The notes below the pieces were generated by a model that saw nothing but the letters and a program-made list of their open reading frames with translations, was not told the origin of the DNA and made no database searches. The translations under genes were made by a program, and so were the position numbers. From positions 1-64,000 of the IMG/VR virus record IMGVR_UViG_3300009678_000059: a stretch of 64,000 bases of DNA. One strand, given 5' to 3'. The DNA comes from a virus (taxonomy: Duplodnaviria; Caudoviricetes). Positions 44,580 through 55,596 of this stretch are shown one piece after another (position 1 is the first letter of the stretch; every line of letters starts with the position of its first letter).

Positions 44580-44587
44580 TATCTTTG
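44580..44587 (+). promoter_or_regulatory. -7 promoter element of the ejection-protein operon
   Basis: TATCTTTG upstream of ATG 44627. Confidence 0.7.
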
Positions 44588-44626
44588 TCTTAATAACAAG
44601 AGTTTAACTAAAACAACAATATAACA

Positions 44627-45292
44627 ATGGGTGTAGCAGCAGGAACACAGATGGCCTCGGGAACACTTGGAACAGCAACCGGTATTTACAACCTTATCAG
44701 AGGAGCTAAAGAACAGGCTGCCGCCAAACGAGCCATGAATGAATACGAGCGTCAAAAATTAACCAATGTAGCTGATGGATTACAGGTTTCGACACTTGGT
44801 TCTGATTTACAAAGAGAAGAACAAATGAGATTGGCAGCGTCTCAGAATCAGATGTTGGCCGATTCCGGAACAAGAGGGATCGTTGGCGGCATCGGAAAAG
44901 TAGAGGCTGGAAACCAAAAAGTGATGCAGCAGACAGCTGCCGACCTGGACGAGCAGCAGAGAAAAATCGAGATGATGCAGGCCGAAGACAATGCGAGAAT
45001 AAGAACAATGCAGGAAGCCCGTGAAAACGCGGATTTAGCAGCCTTAAGTTCTCAGTTTCAGTCCGGAAAAATGGACGCTAATCTTGGAATGGGGAATATT
45101 ATACAGGGAGTAGGGCAGCTTGGACACGGTTATGCTATGACAAGCGACAGTTCGCTTAAGCCACAGGCGAGTAACTACAACACAGGTTATCCAAGTGGGC
45201 CGCCACAAGCCCCTCCAGGAATGTATCTGTCTACATACGGAACGACAACACCTTATAATTATCCGGCAACAACTCAACCTGGAAAACAATAA
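44627..45292 (+). CDS. Putative internal virion (ejection) protein 1
   Basis: Gly/Ala/Gln-rich with an amphipathic N-terminus and coiled coil; follows the tail genes. Confidence 0.7.
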   Translation: MGVAAGTQMASGTLGTATGIYNLIRGAKEQAAAKRAMNEYERQKLTNVADGLQVSTLGSDLQREEQMRLAASQNQMLADSGTRGIVGGIGKVEAGNQKVMQQTAADLDEQQRKIEMMQAEDNARIRTMQEARENADLAALSSQFQSGKMDANLGMGNIIQGVGQLGHGYAMTSDSSLKPQASNYNTGYPSGPPQAPPGMYLSTYGTTTPYNYPATTQPGKQ

Positions 45293-45297
45293 AACAG

Positions 45298-46887
45298 ATG
45301 AAATTAGGAAATACAGGAGCATATATAACCGACGCACCAATACAGAGGAATGATGTTGGAATTGCGATGACTCAGGCTGAGGACGCCGGCTTTAAGCACA
45401 GAGCCGAGGAATTCGTGAGATTCAAAGCAAAGAAAGAGCAGGACGACAAATACGACGAAGCGGCTTTTAAAGACATGCCGAAGGCTGAGTATACCAGAGA
45501 CGCAGATAAGAATAAGTTTCTTAGTGACGGGTTTACTGACGCTACAAAAGTGGTGTATGATGCGTACAGCAAATTTAAATCAGGTCAGCTTTCATGGCCG
45601 GAATTCAACAGAACAAAGCAAAATACACTAAACGCACTTAACCACCTTAATGAAGGCGCTAAGAAAACAGAAGCGTATTATACTGGTGCTGCAAAAGATA
45701 TTGCTGACGGTAAAGTACATCCTTTGTTTCAAGACCAAATCATGAAGACGGGGGAGGCCATGGATAATATCAGACTTAAATTCAATCCTGACGGGACCGC
45801 ACATGGTTACGCTATGTCGCCTGACGGAAAAGAAGTAGTGTATGACTCTCCTTTGAATGCTTGGGGAACTAACTTTCAGCAATACAATCACTTAGTTGAC
45901 TTGAATACCCTGGATAAAAACTTCGTAACGGCTAATCCAATGCCTGTTACTGAGAGATTTAACGGGTACATGAAGACAGGGACTACTAATATTTCTGAGC
46001 AAATCAAAAACAACATAAAATCTGAAGTACAGTCAAGAATGGGGAATCCTGATATTGTTGCTCAGGTAGCTTCTGAAATGTATAAAAAGCCGATTACCAG
46101 AGTAACTGACGCTGCTGAATTACAGAAAGTGGCTCAGAAGATGGAAGATGATTTGCTTAATTCTTACTCAAAATCAACTAAAAAAGACTTTGATTCAGGT
46201 CAGGCTGGTTATTACCAGGGAGTAAAAGAATTTAATATCGGTAGAAAAGACAAGGAGGAAGAAAAACTTAAAAACGCTCCTGTTGACGTGAAACTTGACG
46301 ACACCACGTTTACTGAGGACATTATGCATATTAAGGACGAGAAAGGAAATGTAAAAAAGGTTAAAGTAACCAAGGATGGTGTTTATCAGAACGGTCTTAA
46401 CTACGTCAAACCTATTGCTATCGTTAATTCAGGAGGTACTAAATCAGGAATGGATAATATGTCTGTAAACAGTGCCTTTATCAATAAAGACGGAAGGGTG
46501 GTTGTTACCGGAAGTGTCATTGATAAAAAAGGAGAGACTATTAAAAACGATGACGGAACCATTACTTACGCAGGGACAGGCAAGGCATTTACAAGGTTAG
46601 CGAGTGAGGAAACACTTGCGGCTATGGCTAAGGCAGGAAACTTTTTTAACAAGAAAGGAAAACCTGATACAGAGGCATTCAAGAATCACCTGAAAGAGAA
46701 AAACAGGGAGGAATGGGACAACGACCACCGAAATGCCACTCGTGAGGAATACGACAAAGCAAGAGGTGATGGAAAGAAAAGTAAACCAGCATCAAACATT
46801 GATGAGAAAAAAATACAATATTTGATGAAACAAAACAAAGGAGCAACAAGACAGCAGATTATTGACGCTTTAACTAATCAACAATAG
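45298..46887 (+). CDS. Putative internal virion (ejection) protein 2
   Basis: 529 aa, charged and helical; gene position. Confidence 0.65.
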   Translation: MKLGNTGAYITDAPIQRNDVGIAMTQAEDAGFKHRAEEFVRFKAKKEQDDKYDEAAFKDMPKAEYTRDADKNKFLSDGFTDATKVVYDAYSKFKSGQLSWPEFNRTKQNTLNALNHLNEGAKKTEAYYTGAAKDIADGKVHPLFQDQIMKTGEAMDNIRLKFNPDGTAHGYAMSPDGKEVVYDSPLNAWGTNFQQYNHLVDLNTLDKNFVTANPMPVTERFNGYMKTGTTNISEQIKNNIKSEVQSRMGNPDIVAQVASEMYKKPITRVTDAAELQKVAQKMEDDLLNSYSKSTKKDFDSGQAGYYQGVKEFNIGRKDKEEEKLKNAPVDVKLDDTTFTEDIMHIKDEKGNVKKVKVTKDGVYQNGLNYVKPIAIVNSGGTKSGMDNMSVNSAFINKDGRVVVTGSVIDKKGETIKNDDGTITYAGTGKAFTRLASEETLAAMAKAGNFFNKKGKPDTEAFKNHLKEKNREEWDNDHRNATREEYDKARGDGKKSKPASNIDEKKIQYLMKQNKGATRQQIIDALTNQQ

Positions 46888-46892
46888 AAAGT

Positions 46893-49800
46893 ATGCCGGA
46901 TCCTATTAAAAATTTAAATCTCGATTTAAGCGGGTACAAAGAAGAAAGCAATCCTCCAAAGGGGTTGAACTTGGATTTAAGCGGATATGAAGACGCTCAA
47001 AAAAAAAAATCAGATTCTACTGTAAGTCAACCAAAATCGGCTTCGGTAACAGAGAGTGGTTCGTCGGTTACATCAGGCGTAAATCCGTTTAAATCTGCAG
47101 AGATTCCGGGGCAGTTACCTACTGCTCCGACAAACATAGCCGCAAAACCTGCGGCTAAACCTGTTTCTGCGAAGAAGGAAAAAGAGAAAGCTAAACCCAA
47201 GGCAGAGGAAGACGATTACAGCTTTTTGGATTATGCAGCTGACAATTTAGGTGCTGGTGTGGATTACGCAGCCAAGTCGATAGCTGAACTTCCTGAAATG
47301 GCGTATGACATGATTAGGTCTGATAAATTTATGGATTCACTGGATAAGTTAACTCCTGTGGTTCCTGCCGGGACTATTGCCAGAAAAACACTTGAATTTT
47401 TAGATCCTACAAAAGACAAGAAGGCCACCGCTGAGGATATTAAGCAGTATTACGGGATCAGGAACATACCCGCGGAACACCTGAAAGAAAGGATAAGTGG
47501 CTTAAATAAAAACATAGAAGAGCAGAATAAAAAATACGGCGGAGACGCACTTTCGGCAATACAAAACGATAGATATGTTGATGCGGCAAAAATGATTGCA
47601 GGAACCACGATACAGTCGCTTCCTATTATGGCAGCAGCTATTATATCTGGTGGTTCGACTGCTGGAAACACGGCAATAGGACTATCTACGGCTTCTCAGA
47701 AATACGCTCAGTTAAAAGACGAACACCCCGAACTAAGTACCGATAAAAAACTAGCAAATGCAGGAACTACAGGCTTGCTTGAAGCGACCATAGGAACCCT
47801 TGTTGAAGGTGTTTCCGGGCAGGCTATTAGAAATATAATATCTAATAAAGGAGCTCAGGAAGGTGCTCGAATAGTAGCTAACGGTTTCAGGTCAATGTTT
47901 GCTAAGGCTGTGGAGAAAAATCCATTACTGGGAGCTCTTGGTGAGGTTATAGAGGAATCTACGGTTGAGTTTGGAGAGCAGCTTAACGACATGAATTCTG
48001 GCATCAGAAAGGAATTAGATTTTCATAGTATTGCCAATGCGGGATTGAGCGCCGTTGGGATGGGAACTGTTACAACCGTACCTGTTTATGCTGCAAAAAA
48101 ATACTCCACACACAAGGATTATAAGGAGATGAAAGATGTGAACAAACAGATATTCAAACTTACAAACGAGCTTAACAATCCTGAGATTTCAGAAACCACC
48201 AAAACTGAGATAAACAAGAATATTGATAATCTTGTAAAACACAATCAGGCGCTTGTTCAGAAAAGCACTGAGAATATCGAGGCGCTGCATCCGGATGTTA
48301 AGGAGAAGTTGATTGAGTCGATTGGGACCCTTGAAACACTTAAGGAAAAAGCTCAGGCTATTAAGGATGACAACAGTTCGCCGGAAACAAAGAAGATGCT
48401 GCTTGCTAATTTGAAACAGGAGGCAAAACAGGCTAATGTTATTAAAGATAAAATCCTGAAAGGTGAGGCTACGGTTGTTGATACGCTTCCTGAGAATATG
48501 CAGGAGGAACTGAAAAGGAAGGCTAAAAGCGAAATCATGTCAAGTCTTGACCCTGAAGTTAAGGACAAGGAGCTAAATGAGGCTACCACTGAAGACAAGG
48601 TGCTTGCTAAGGCAAATGAGATTTACGAAAAAGGAAGGCCGAGTAAAGCTCAGTCCGCAGAATCCAGTTCTCAGTCTGCAGAAACAACATTGCCGGAAAC
48701 TACGGAAGCCGCACTACCTTCGGCTCCTGAGAACACAGCTTCGGAAACACCTACTGCAATACCGGCAACTAATGCAGAAATTGCACAAGTTGCTCCACAA
48801 TCACAACCACAAACCATAACAAATGAAGCAACATCGTCAAATAATCCTCCTGTTGATGGAGACCTTGGAATTAGACCTGAACAGCTGGGAGAGAATAGAG
48901 CGGCCCTCGAAGAAGTTATTGACGAGAAAAGTACACAACCCTCCATTGAGCTTGGAAAACCTGAAGAAAGTTCTGAAATAAAAGCAGAAATCGAGCATAA
49001 CGGCACTGTTTTTACAAAGACAATTGACGGGAATTGGGTAAATACTAAGACTCAAAACCAAATCAAAGGTATTTCTGACAAAGGAAAGGCGCTTATTAAA
49101 AGTCTTGACGAAAAATTGGGCGGCAACCTGAGCGATGTTGACCATGCCAAGAAGGAAATCGAAAGAGGTGTGCTGAACTGGAGCGGAGATGTCGGCTCTG
49201 AAAGAGTTGCATTAGGTATCACATGGGCTGATATTAGAAAAGGAGAAAAAGACATTAAGGCCGGAAAAACAACCACAGCTCCTGCCAAAAAACTTATAGA
49301 GGCGCTGAAGGAAGCAAAGGAAAGAGGCGGGTATCATTATGTTCAGGGAATGGGCGGTGTACAGTCGAAACAATTCGTACCTTTAAGTGAAGTCCAGAGA
49401 GCTTCAAACGAAAACAGCTTGACTGACGAGGAAATCGCCATTATAAACAGCAATGAGGAAAGGCTTGCTAAGGAATTTGACGAATACTTTAACTCACTTG
49501 ATGAAGAATCACAAAACGCAATACTAGACAACTATGAAAATACCGAAAACAAATCAGGAAAGACTGGCTCAGATGCCAAAGTCGGAGAAGGCAAGGATGA
49601 TGTATCAGATACAGAAACAGAGCCAAGAGGAAAGAACAAAGAAGAAAGAGTAGATTCTGGTGAGGACACTGATGTCCCTACCACGAAAGAACCTGTTAAG
49701 GAAGAAAAGTCCGAGACTAAGGAACAGGCAACTGAAACTACAGACAACAACTTCGAGAAGAAGAAAGGCAAGCGTTCTGTTTTAAAGAGAGCTTCCGAAG

Positions 49801-52800
49801 GAAATAGCACAACAGTTAAGCAGGCTATAAGTAAATATTCTCTTGATTATGAAGTAGAAAATCAGATTCAAGCAGAAAAAGACGCTAGAGCTTTTGTTGA
49901 CGAAGTAGGGATGTATGCTGCATTAGACGCAGTAAGAACAAACAAAATAGTCGGCGGTACAAAAGCATTTGTTTATCAGGCTATTATAGACGACCTTAAA
50001 GCTAAAATTGAAAATGCCAAAGTGGACGAAAGAGAAGATTTCGAAGACTTGAATCGTGAGGTTTTAGGTGAAATACTTGTAGAAATGGCCAAAGAAGGAA
50101 CTAATGCAGGTAGGTTTAATTCTGCATTAAACAAAATCTATATTGGTTCTGGAGGAATGTACAACCTAAGCAAGAGAGTTGCCGACTACAAAGCTGCTAA
50201 TAACGGGGTTATTTCTGACGAAGTTTTGAAGAAATTCACTGAGGCCGATGCTAAGATCAGGGAACTTGAAGCGAAACTTGACGAGATGCAGAAGGAAAAG
50301 GTCAAGGCTGAGGAAGAACAGTCACTTAAAGACATCATTGAAGAAGTTGCAAGACAGAGTAAGGTTGGCAAAAATGCCCAGATAAAATCAACAGCCAAGG
50401 CTCAGGCATTTGCTGACAAGCTGAGAAGTTTTAAGACGACAAGTCTGGGCGGAGCTATGGCTGCTACTCCTGTGAGTTTGGCTTATGATGCCGCTATCGA
50501 GATTGCTGCAAGGACTATCGAAACTTCAGGAAAAATTCATGATGCTATTTTAGAAGGAATTGAATACATACGTAACCAAAACATTAGTAAGCAGGAAAAG
50601 CAAGAAGCTATCGCTCAATTCTCCAATGCCTTCAGTCAGTCAGACGGAGAGCAGAAGCCTATCACGATTGGAGATGACGGGAAACTGAAAATTCCGCACT
50701 CTATAATCAGAGGTCATGTTGAAAACGGTATTGACACTGTTGAGGATTTGGTTGAAGCTGTTCAGGCAGATGTGAACGAAATGTTCCCGGACGAGGATTT
50801 TACAGAAAGAGAAGTCCGTGACGCTATCACGAGATACGGAAAGACGATAAATCCCACTCAGGACGAGATAGAGCTGGAAATAGGCAGGATGAACTCTCTT
50901 GGGAGGCTTATTTCCGGAATTGAAGATGCCGAAAGCGGACAAAGACCACTCAGGAGCGGACTACAGAGGCGCGAAGCAACCAAGGAAGAAAGAAAAATGC
51001 AGCGTGAACTGAGAGAACTGTTGCGCGACCTGCCGATGAACGATGCCGAAACAGCTAAGACCTGGAAGACAGCGTTGGATTCCATCAAAACAAGGCTTGC
51101 AAACGAGATTGAACAGCTTGATGACCAAATAGCTGCCGGAGAAAAAAGGAAGGCTGAGAGAAAGATTATAGAGCTTGACGATGAGGCAAAGGGCCTGAAG
51201 GAAATCCGCGACGCCAAGAGAAAAGAGCTTGATGAACTGGTAGGAAAACCTGAGCTTACGTATGAGGAAAAAGTAGCCAAGGCAATCAAGAACACCGAGG
51301 ACGCCGTTGCTAAGTTGCAGGAGAAAATAGCTTCCGGTGATCTTGCTTACAAGACAAAGCCTACACCTGTGACTTCTGACAAACTTGAATCACTGAGAGC
51401 GCAGAAAAAAGCATTGGAAGCTCAGATTGACGAGATGCGTCAAGACAGTGGATTGGCTGAAATGAAAAGGCTGGAGACAGCAAAACAAGCCAGAAAGAAT
51501 CGTATCAAGGAATTGAAGCGCAGGATACAGGAGAAGGATTTCTCAACCAGAAAACCAAAACCTTTGCCGGTTGATGCTGAAATCCTAGAAATAGAAAGAC
51601 AGCTTTTGGAACAGAAGGCTATTTTTGACAAGGAAAAGTACAAGCAGGAACTTGACAATCAGCACGTATTCAGGAAATGGTGGGGCAGAGTCGGGAACGT
51701 ACTTGGACTGCCTCGATTATTCAAGGCCGGTGGGGAGTTTTCTGCTGTACTTATGCAGACAGGATTTTTGACTACTGAGATGCTTGTTAGGAATCCAAAA
51801 GAAGTATTCAGGTCCATAGGCATGCTTGGAAAGGCTTTTTCGTCTAACACGACAGCTCAGAAGTACGAGACCATAGTAAAAACTCACCCGCTGTATCCTT
51901 TGATGCAGAAGGCTAAACTTACACTTACCGGTACTGACCACAGGATTGATGCCACAGAGGAAGCGTTTCAGCTGGATTTAGTGAATGACACATGGAATGC
52001 AATTGGAGAAGGGCTTAATAAAGCCACAGGAGAGAGAGAAATACTTACGCCTTTAGGGAAATTAAAAACCATGATGGGTAAAGAAGTAACTGCCGAAGAC
52101 AGGAAGATGGCTGGGGATCAGTTTAAGGATTCTAACCTTTGGAAAATGTTTGAAAGAGGAGCCGTGACTTATTCCAACCACATGAAAGTACTGAAGTTTG
52201 AGGAAGGGGTTAAGGAGCTTGAAAAGCAGGGCTATGACCCGATTAACCACTTCGAGCAGTATAAACAGCTGGCTAAATACATAAACGTATTTTCCGGAAG
52301 GGCCAACCTTGGACGTGCCGAGATGGTGAGTAAGGATTTGGCAGTAGTGTTTTTCTCTGCAAGAATGGCTGTATCTCAGTTTCAACAACTGAACCCGTTC
52401 TTTTACGGCGGATTAGCTGATTGGAGCAATGTGAAAGGCATAACTTCTCTGAATAAGGTTAAGTCTACGGTAGCTCAGCAAATGGCCGTAAAATCGTTTG
52501 TTACATCATTTGTGGCTATCACAGGTTTTGCCACGGCATTCATGGCGGCAGCAAATGCGGCCTCTGATGATGACGAGGAAAAATGGACCATTGAAACAGA
52601 TCCAAGAAGCTCTGACTTCGGGAAACTGCGAAAAGGGAAATTCACATTTGATATGTGGCATGGGCTTGGAACCTGGGCTGTGTTTTTTGCAAGGACACTT
52701 TCTCAGCAGACCAAGAAAAGGGATTCCGGTGAAATATCTGACTTGGGAGTCGGAAGAACGGATGCCTATGGCGACCTTGGAGTTAAGTTTGTAGGGAATA

Positions 52801-53168
52801 AACTGGCCCCGACAGCAAGTTATTTATGGAAACTGATGCTGACTCATCCTGAAGTGGACCCGAACACGGGAGAAGTTTATAGGGTTGACAAGTACGGAAA
52901 TGTATTTGGTGAAGATGACACCATGGATTTACTAAAACCTATCTACTGGAATGCGATATACAATATAGCAAAAGAGGATCCTGACGCATGGCAGGTATTT
53001 CTTACATCTATAGGTTTGTTTGGAGCGAATACAGGCGTAGAACAGGAGAGGGTTAAATTCAAAGACGTCACCAAAAAACATAAATCAGAACCTGCTTCCA
53101 GACAGGATTCGTCAAGGCAAATATCCGAAAGACAGGATGTGTCGAGACAGAGTTTTAAAAGGCAGTAA
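46893..53168 (+). CDS. Large putative internal virion (ejection) protein 3
   Basis: 2091 aa with long coiled coils and a C-terminal IETDPRSSDFGKL motif; no catalytic RNAP motif seen. Confidence 0.75.
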   Translation: MPDPIKNLNLDLSGYKEESNPPKGLNLDLSGYEDAQKKKSDSTVSQPKSASVTESGSSVTSGVNPFKSAEIPGQLPTAPTNIAAKPAAKPVSAKKEKEKAKPKAEEDDYSFLDYAADNLGAGVDYAAKSIAELPEMAYDMIRSDKFMDSLDKLTPVVPAGTIARKTLEFLDPTKDKKATAEDIKQYYGIRNIPAEHLKERISGLNKNIEEQNKKYGGDALSAIQNDRYVDAAKMIAGTTIQSLPIMAAAIISGGSTAGNTAIGLSTASQKYAQLKDEHPELSTDKKLANAGTTGLLEATIGTLVEGVSGQAIRNIISNKGAQEGARIVANGFRSMFAKAVEKNPLLGALGEVIEESTVEFGEQLNDMNSGIRKELDFHSIANAGLSAVGMGTVTTVPVYAAKKYSTHKDYKEMKDVNKQIFKLTNELNNPEISETTKTEINKNIDNLVKHNQALVQKSTENIEALHPDVKEKLIESIGTLETLKEKAQAIKDDNSSPETKKMLLANLKQEAKQANVIKDKILKGEATVVDTLPENMQEELKRKAKSEIMSSLDPEVKDKELNEATTEDKVLAKANEIYEKGRPSKAQSAESSSQSAETTLPETTEAALPSAPENTASETPTAIPATNAEIAQVAPQSQPQTITNEATSSNNPPVDGDLGIRPEQLGENRAALEEVIDEKSTQPSIELGKPEESSEIKAEIEHNGTVFTKTIDGNWVNTKTQNQIKGISDKGKALIKSLDEKLGGNLSDVDHAKKEIERGVLNWSGDVGSERVALGITWADIRKGEKDIKAGKTTTAPAKKLIEALKEAKERGGYHYVQGMGGVQSKQFVPLSEVQRASNENSLTDEEIAIINSNEERLAKEFDEYFNSLDEESQNAILDNYENTENKSGKTGSDAKVGEGKDDVSDTETEPRGKNKEERVDSGEDTDVPTTKEPVKEEKSETKEQATETTDNNFEKKKGKRSVLKRASEGNSTTVKQAISKYSLDYEVENQIQAEKDARAFVDEVGMYAALDAVRTNKIVGGTKAFVYQAIIDDLKAKIENAKVDEREDFEDLNREVLGEILVEMAKEGTNAGRFNSALNKIYIGSGGMYNLSKRVADYKAANNGVISDEVLKKFTEADAKIRELEAKLDEMQKEKVKAEEEQSLKDIIEEVARQSKVGKNAQIKSTAKAQAFADKLRSFKTTSLGGAMAATPVSLAYDAAIEIAARTIETSGKIHDAILEGIEYIRNQNISKQEKQEAIAQFSNAFSQSDGEQKPITIGDDGKLKIPHSIIRGHVENGIDTVEDLVEAVQADVNEMFPDEDFTEREVRDAITRYGKTINPTQDEIELEIGRMNSLGRLISGIEDAESGQRPLRSGLQRREATKEERKMQRELRELLRDLPMNDAETAKTWKTALDSIKTRLANEIEQLDDQIAAGEKRKAERKIIELDDEAKGLKEIRDAKRKELDELVGKPELTYEEKVAKAIKNTEDAVAKLQEKIASGDLAYKTKPTPVTSDKLESLRAQKKALEAQIDEMRQDSGLAEMKRLETAKQARKNRIKELKRRIQEKDFSTRKPKPLPVDAEILEIERQLLEQKAIFDKEKYKQELDNQHVFRKWWGRVGNVLGLPRLFKAGGEFSAVLMQTGFLTTEMLVRNPKEVFRSIGMLGKAFSSNTTAQKYETIVKTHPLYPLMQKAKLTLTGTDHRIDATEEAFQLDLVNDTWNAIGEGLNKATGEREILTPLGKLKTMMGKEVTAEDRKMAGDQFKDSNLWKMFERGAVTYSNHMKVLKFEEGVKELEKQGYDPINHFEQYKQLAKYINVFSGRANLGRAEMVSKDLAVVFFSARMAVSQFQQLNPFFYGGLADWSNVKGITSLNKVKSTVAQQMAVKSFVTSFVAITGFATAFMAAANAASDDDEEKWTIETDPRSSDFGKLRKGKFTFDMWHGLGTWAVFFARTLSQQTKKRDSGEISDLGVGRTDAYGDLGVKFVGNKLAPTASYLWKLMLTHPEVDPNTGEVYRVDKYGNVFGEDDTMDLLKPIYWNAIYNIAKEDPDAWQVFLTSIGLFGANTGVEQERVKFKDVTKKHKSEPASRQDSSRQISERQDVSRQSFKRQ

Positions 53169-53173
53169 AAAGC

Positions 53174-53205
53174 AAAACCCGCATCGTAAATGGTGCGGGT
53201 TTTTT
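53174..53205. terminator. Bidirectional terminator at the late/early convergence point
   Basis: AAAACCCGCA-TCGTAAATGG-TGCGGGTTTTTT. Confidence 0.88.
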
Positions 53206-53209
53206 GTTA

Positions 53210-53392
53210 TTATTCTTCAGGTTCTTCCGGAGGTATTATTCCGTAATAGAAAAAGTTGATGGTATTAACTATCTCGGCAAGCCTTTCGGGATTATCTCCT
53301 GAGACATAGAGTTGGTTCTTTTCTTTTTCCAGGGCTGCTATGTCGTGGATTCTTTTGTGTGGGAGTTTTGCGGTTGAGAATTTTTTGGCCAT
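53210..53392 (-). CDS. Small hypothetical protein
   Basis: 60 aa, last gene of the leftward arm. Confidence 0.6.
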   Translation of the reverse strand: MAKKFSTAKLPHKRIHDIAALEKEKNQLYVSGDNPERLAEIVNTINFFYYGIIPPEEPEE

Positions 53393-54018
53393 TACTTGAT
53401 AGTTGATTCAAGTATTTCGACACATAACTCATTCGGTATCTTGGACCTGTTGTAACTGTCTTTCTTGCCCTGAGTACCCGTCTTCGAGCCTCTTGGCGCA
53501 GGCTGATGGTGACAGTTCTTGTTTCCGTTGTGGCACATCGGTCGAGGAACCCATGTTTTTGAATTGGTCCAAATATCCGTCGGTTTGGCCCTGTCGTCGC
53601 CGTAAGTGCAATACCAAACCGTATGACGTTTGAACTCCTGCATGAACGGCATTTTTCTGAGCATGCCACGAGGGTTTTCTATGAAAAACACCATGTCCGG
53701 ATTTATCACAAGCCAATACTTTATCATGCCTATCCAATGCTTGTTTACCCTGTCGCATTTGTGTGCGTATTCGCTTTTTGGCTCTATGCTGTTTGTCCTA
53801 TGCTTGCTTACAGCAGCTATCGAATAAGTGGTGCAGTCAGGGCTTGACCAGATAACATCGGGAGTGAAAGGAACATGGTCTTTTGACAGTTCCTCAATGT
53901 CAATTGACAGATTTATTTTATCGTAAGGAGTCCAATCAACTGAAAAAACATCCATCCCTAATTTTTCGGCTGCATTGCCTACCGATCTTGATCCTGCGAA
54001 AAGTTCTAATACCTTCAT
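53392..54018 (-). CDS. DNA (cytosine-5) methyltransferase, short phage type
   Basis: KVLELFAGSRS (motif I), SPDC (motif IV), IENP (motif VI), YC.YG..R.KPTDIW. Confidence 0.85.
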   Translation of the reverse strand: MKVLELFAGSRSVGNAAEKLGMDVFSVDWTPYDKINLSIDIEELSKDHVPFTPDVIWSSPDCTTYSIAAVSKHRTNSIEPKSEYAHKCDRVNKHWIGMIKYWLVINPDMVFFIENPRGMLRKMPFMQEFKRHTVWYCTYGDDRAKPTDIWTNSKTWVPRPMCHNGNKNCHHQPAPRGSKTGTQGKKDSYNRSKIPNELCVEILESTIK

Positions 54019-54615
54019 TTATTCTTTTTTACTGTTGATTCTTTTGGCGCTTCCGAGGATTGTTTTTTTGTTCTTTTTCCTGGCTCTGAACAATTCATTT
54101 GCTTCGGCGATTTCCCACATTTCAAGTTCAGCCATGTGACCGATCATCTCCTCATACGCCCCGCGGTTATCGTAAGTAAAATCCTCGTTGTTGGTGACGC
54201 ATTGTTCAAACATAGGGCTGATGAACTTTATCTTCCCAGAGGTGTTCAGCATGGATTTTCGCACTTCCTTGGTGGCAAGTGAAACTCCCGGAATCATATC
54301 ACGGGCAACCTCTATTCTTTTGGCGCAAATATCAAGTGTAATGATAGTTGTTGTGGTTTCTATTGAAGACGCCGCAAGATATTCAAAGGCATTTGTCTCG
54401 AACATTTTCAGGGTTCCGAATGTACCTATCCTGTTCAGGTATTCTATGTTCTTGTCAAACGCCTTTTTGCCTTTTTCGGTGGCGAAACTTCCAAGCCAGA
54501 GCTTAGTTGTGAAGTAAGGAACTGTAGGTATTTCCACGTTCATGAATTTCCCTTCTTCGTTTGTGATAAGGTATATTTTTGTCTTCTTCTGTTGGTCTAG
54601 TTCTTTATCTGTCAT
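54019..54615 (-). CDS. Hypothetical protein
   Basis: 198-aa ORF in the operon. Confidence 0.7.
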   Translation of the reverse strand: MTDKELDQQKKTKIYLITNEEGKFMNVEIPTVPYFTTKLWLGSFATEKGKKAFDKNIEYLNRIGTFGTLKMFETNAFEYLAASSIETTTTIITLDICAKRIEVARDMIPGVSLATKEVRKSMLNTSGKIKFISPMFEQCVTNNEDFTYDNRGAYEEMIGHMAELEMWEIAEANELFRARKKNKKTILGSAKRINSKKE

Positions 54616-54626
54616 GGTAATTTGGT

Positions 54627-55016
54627 TTATTTTAGTTTGTTTTTTACTTTTTCTTTATTTCTTTCGGTAATCTGAATGTCCCAGAATATTCTTTTCATTT
54701 CCAGTTCTTCGGCGTTTTCTTCCCGGTAGTTTCGGTAATATTCGGTGGCGCACTCCTTGCATGACGAGTTTAGTTTTTGCTCGTATGTTATAGTAAAATC
54801 CAATACCGGCTTTACCTTTGAACAAACACTGCATGTTTTATGGAGCTTTGATTTCTCAATCAGCCTCATGTAATACATTATCACCTTGTAGGCATCGTTA
54901 TACTGATTCTTAGGAAAAGTTATATTCTCATTCTTTAGCTGCATGTGCGTGTTATAGAATTCGAATGTCTGAAGACTTTTCCTAAGTGTCAGGTCTTTTT
55001 TGTTGGATTTACTCAT
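54627..55016 (-). CDS. Zn-finger protein (CxxC..K....F...CxxC)
   Basis: CSVCSKVKPVLDF...SSCKEC, like endonuclease N-terminal Zn ribbons. Confidence 0.6.
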   Translation of the reverse strand: MSKSNKKDLTLRKSLQTFEFYNTHMQLKNENITFPKNQYNDAYKVIMYYMRLIEKSKLHKTCSVCSKVKPVLDFTITYEQKLNSSCKECATEYYRNYREENAEELEMKRIFWDIQITERNKEKVKNKLK

Positions 55017-55409
55017 TTAAAAAATGGTTGAAAGTTCGACTTTTTCAAAACCATCTGGCTTTATTAATTTGCCATCTTCTCTGAATAAGCAAACTCCATT
55101 AGGGCATTTTTTTGAATTGTTTTCGTGTATCAACTGAAACACTTCTTCAATTTTGTGCTGCATTCCGTGAGATAAAATTGTCCCGACTAAAATATAAAGC
55201 TGATCTCCCAAGGCATCTGCAACTTCAACAAGGTCGTTTTCCTCACAGGCGGTTAAATACTCCTCGTTTTCCTCCTTCATCAGATCGTATCTCAATTTGT
55301 ATAAGTCAGGATTACTGACAAGTACAGGTTTGTGGTTCACTTCCTGGTTAGACATTCTCATGAAGTCCTCAACTTTTTTAATAATTTCTTTGAAAAATAA
55401 TGTAGTCAT
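55017..55409 (-). CDS. MazG-like/PRA-PH nucleotide pyrophosphohydrolase
   Basis: LMKEENEEY..A....EVADALGDQLY..G...IH.NN.KK....REDGKLIKP. Confidence 0.88.
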   Translation of the reverse strand: MTTLFFKEIIKKVEDFMRMSNQEVNHKPVLVSNPDLYKLRYDLMKEENEEYLTACEENDLVEVADALGDQLYILVGTILSHGMQHKIEEVFQLIHENNSKKCPNGVCLFREDGKLIKPDGFEKVELSTIF

Positions 55410-55410
55410 T

Positions 55411-55596
55411 TTAATTGTTTTTGATATTGTTATATGTTTCTATGCGTGACCAGCCGTGGTTAGCTCCAAGTGTATTGTACAGCTCTCTTGCTTGCTCTTT
55501 TGTCAGTTTTGATTTTATGATTTCGCCAGCTGTCCCGGACTTTGAGTCATATTCGAAAACCGCGTAATCTTTGAACATTGAATTTACTTTTGACAT
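55411..55596 (-). CDS. Small hypothetical protein
   Basis: 61 aa in the operon. Confidence 0.55.
   Translation of the reverse strand: MSKVNSMFKDYAVFEYDSKSGTAGEIIKSKLTKEQARELYNTLGANHGWSRIETYNNIKNN

Noticed and set aside
46893-53168. Virion RNA polymerase or lytic transglycosylase domain in the 2091-aa protein
   Set aside because: No DxDGD or recognisable SLT/peptidase motif found by eye; HHpred would be needed to exclude them fully.
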